Below are positions 62,353-64,000 of a stretch of DNA of 64,000 nt, piece by piece. The translations under genes and the position numbers were made by a program. Under the pieces are notes generated by a model that saw nothing but the letters and a program-made list of their open reading frames with translations, searched no databases and was not told the origin of the DNA. Origin of the DNA: the human T2T-CHM13v2.0 reference genome, Homo sapiens; assembly GCF_009914755.1 (NCBI RefSeq), contig NC_060947.1, one strand, 5' to 3'. The number at the start of each line of letters is the position of its first letter. The first letter of the stretch is position 1.

Positions 62353-64000
62353 TTCCTGCCTTCTTATATTAATAAGACAAATAAAACAAAATAGTGTTGA
62401 AGTGTTGGAGTGGCAAAAATTTTTGGGGGGTGGTATGGAGAGAGAATGGACGATGTTTCTCAGGGCTGCTTCAAGCGGGATTAGGGGCGGCGTGGGAACA
62501 TAGAGTGGGAGAGATTAAGCTGAAGGAAGATTTCGTGGTAAGGGGTGATATTGTGGGGTTGTTAGAAGAAACATTTGTTGTGTAGAATTATTGGTGATGG
62601 CCTGGATACAGTTTTGTATGAATTGAAAAACTAAATGGAATAAGAGAAGGAGAAAAACAGGTATAAAAGGTCTAAGAATTGGGACGACTCAGGACATCTG
62701 ATTAGAGAGTGCCTAAGGAGATTCAGCATAGCCCTGCCAGCAAAGATTATTTATTTACTTCAAGAGTTAAGAATGGCAGTTTGGGGATAGCACGAGGCAA
62801 GCGTGATCAGGGTGAGGAACAGGAAAGAAGAAAATATGGGGAAATGGGGTGAATATCAGGTGGATCAGAGAGATACAGTCATGAGGGTCAGGTGTGGTAT
62901 CCGGAATAATGTGGGAGGCCGGATTAAAGTCCGGGCCAGGAACAATGGTAATTGTGGGAGACTCAACAAAGAGTGAGTATAGCTGAAGGAGCCAGGGAGC
63001 AGAAAGTATATATGTCAGGTGTGAGGAAGAAAATAGATTTTGGAAATTATGAGAGCTGTAGAGAGTGAGTTGAGCATAGTTTGTGATTTTTAGGGCCTCT
63101 AACAGTATTAAAGCAGTGGCAGCCGCTGCACGCAGACATGAGGGCTAGGCTAAAACAGTAAGGTCAAGTTGTTTGGACAGAAAGGCTACACGGTGTGGTC
63201 CTGGCTCTTGTGTAAGAATTCTGACCGCACTAACCATGCTAGGAAGGAAAGGAGTTGTTCTTTTGTAAGGGATTGAGGTTTGGGAGATTAATCAGACACG
63301 ATCAGCCAGGAGAGCATGTGTGTTTTTATAAGAATTATGCCGAGATAGGTAACAGATGAGGATGAAATTTGGGCTTGACTGAAGTAATGGGGCTGTCTGT
63401 GAAGCCTTGCAGCAGTACAGCCCCGGTAATTTGCTGAGCCTAATGGGTGTCAGGGTCAGTCTAAGTGAAGGCAAAGAGAGGCTGGGATGAAGGGTGCAAA
63501 GGAATAGTAAAGAAAGCATGTTTGAGATCCAGAACAGAATAATGGGTAGTAGAGGGAGGTATTGAGGATAGGAGAGTATATGGGTTTGGCACCACGGGGT
63601 GGATAGGCAAAACAATTTGGCTGATAAGGCACAGATTCTGAACTTGTAAGCCTTGTCTGGTTTTAGGACAGGTAAAATGGGGGAATGGTAAGGAGAGTTT
63701 ATAGGTTTTAGAAGCCCGTGCTGTAGCAGGCGAGTGATCACAGGCTTTAATCCTTTTAAAGCGTGCTGTGGGATAGGATATTGGCATTGAGGGGGGTAAG
63801 GGTGATTAGGTTTTAATGAGATGGTAAGGGGTGCGTGATCAGTCGCCAAGGAGGGAGTAGAGGTCTCTTATACTTGTGGGTTAAGGTGGGGGAATACAAG
63901 AGGAGGACGCAAAGGAGGCTTTGGATTGGGAAGAAGGGCAGCAATGAGATGCGGCTGTAGTCCAGGAATAGTCAGGGAAGCAAATAATTTGGTTAAAATA
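62353..64000 (-). mobile_element. HERV-H internal region (defective pol RT, env remnant); continues beyond the window
   Basis: Frameshifted RT peptides QYPIPQHALKGLKPVITRLLQHGLLKPINSPYHSPILPVLKPDK and HPVVPNPYTLLSSIPPSTTHYSVLDLKHAFFTIPLHPSSQPLFAFT. Confidence 0.95.

Overview
Primate (human-like) genomic DNA, judged from AluY, young L1PA and HERV-H LTR7B/LTR7Y elements. It is repeat-rich and contains no recognisable intact known gene. Repeats include about 22 Alus/FAM, old L1M/L2/MIR/L4 fragments, MaLR LTRs, a near full-length HSMAR2, a MER75 piggyBac MITE, an RPS5 processed pseudogene, a solo LTR7B inside an Alu, and the 3' end of a minus-strand HERV-H provirus. The most interesting region is 9.8-21.4 kb, with three structures. 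(1) A non-transposon plus-strand ORF of about 531 codons (10542-12136) built from about 8 degenerate 53-aa repeats, broken by one 1-bp deletion whose position can be read from sister repeats. (2) An imperfect inverted repeat with ~1 kb arms (12881-13876 and 20265-21368) and patchwork identity. (3) Inside its 6.4 kb spacer, a chain of minus-strand micro-exons whose 3' eight exons splice into one nearly open frame. Also notable are a young L1 ORF2 fragment truncated at both ends and two unusual L1-mediated retrocopies. Repeat subfamily names come from recalled consensus sequences, and boundaries and identities were estimated by eye.
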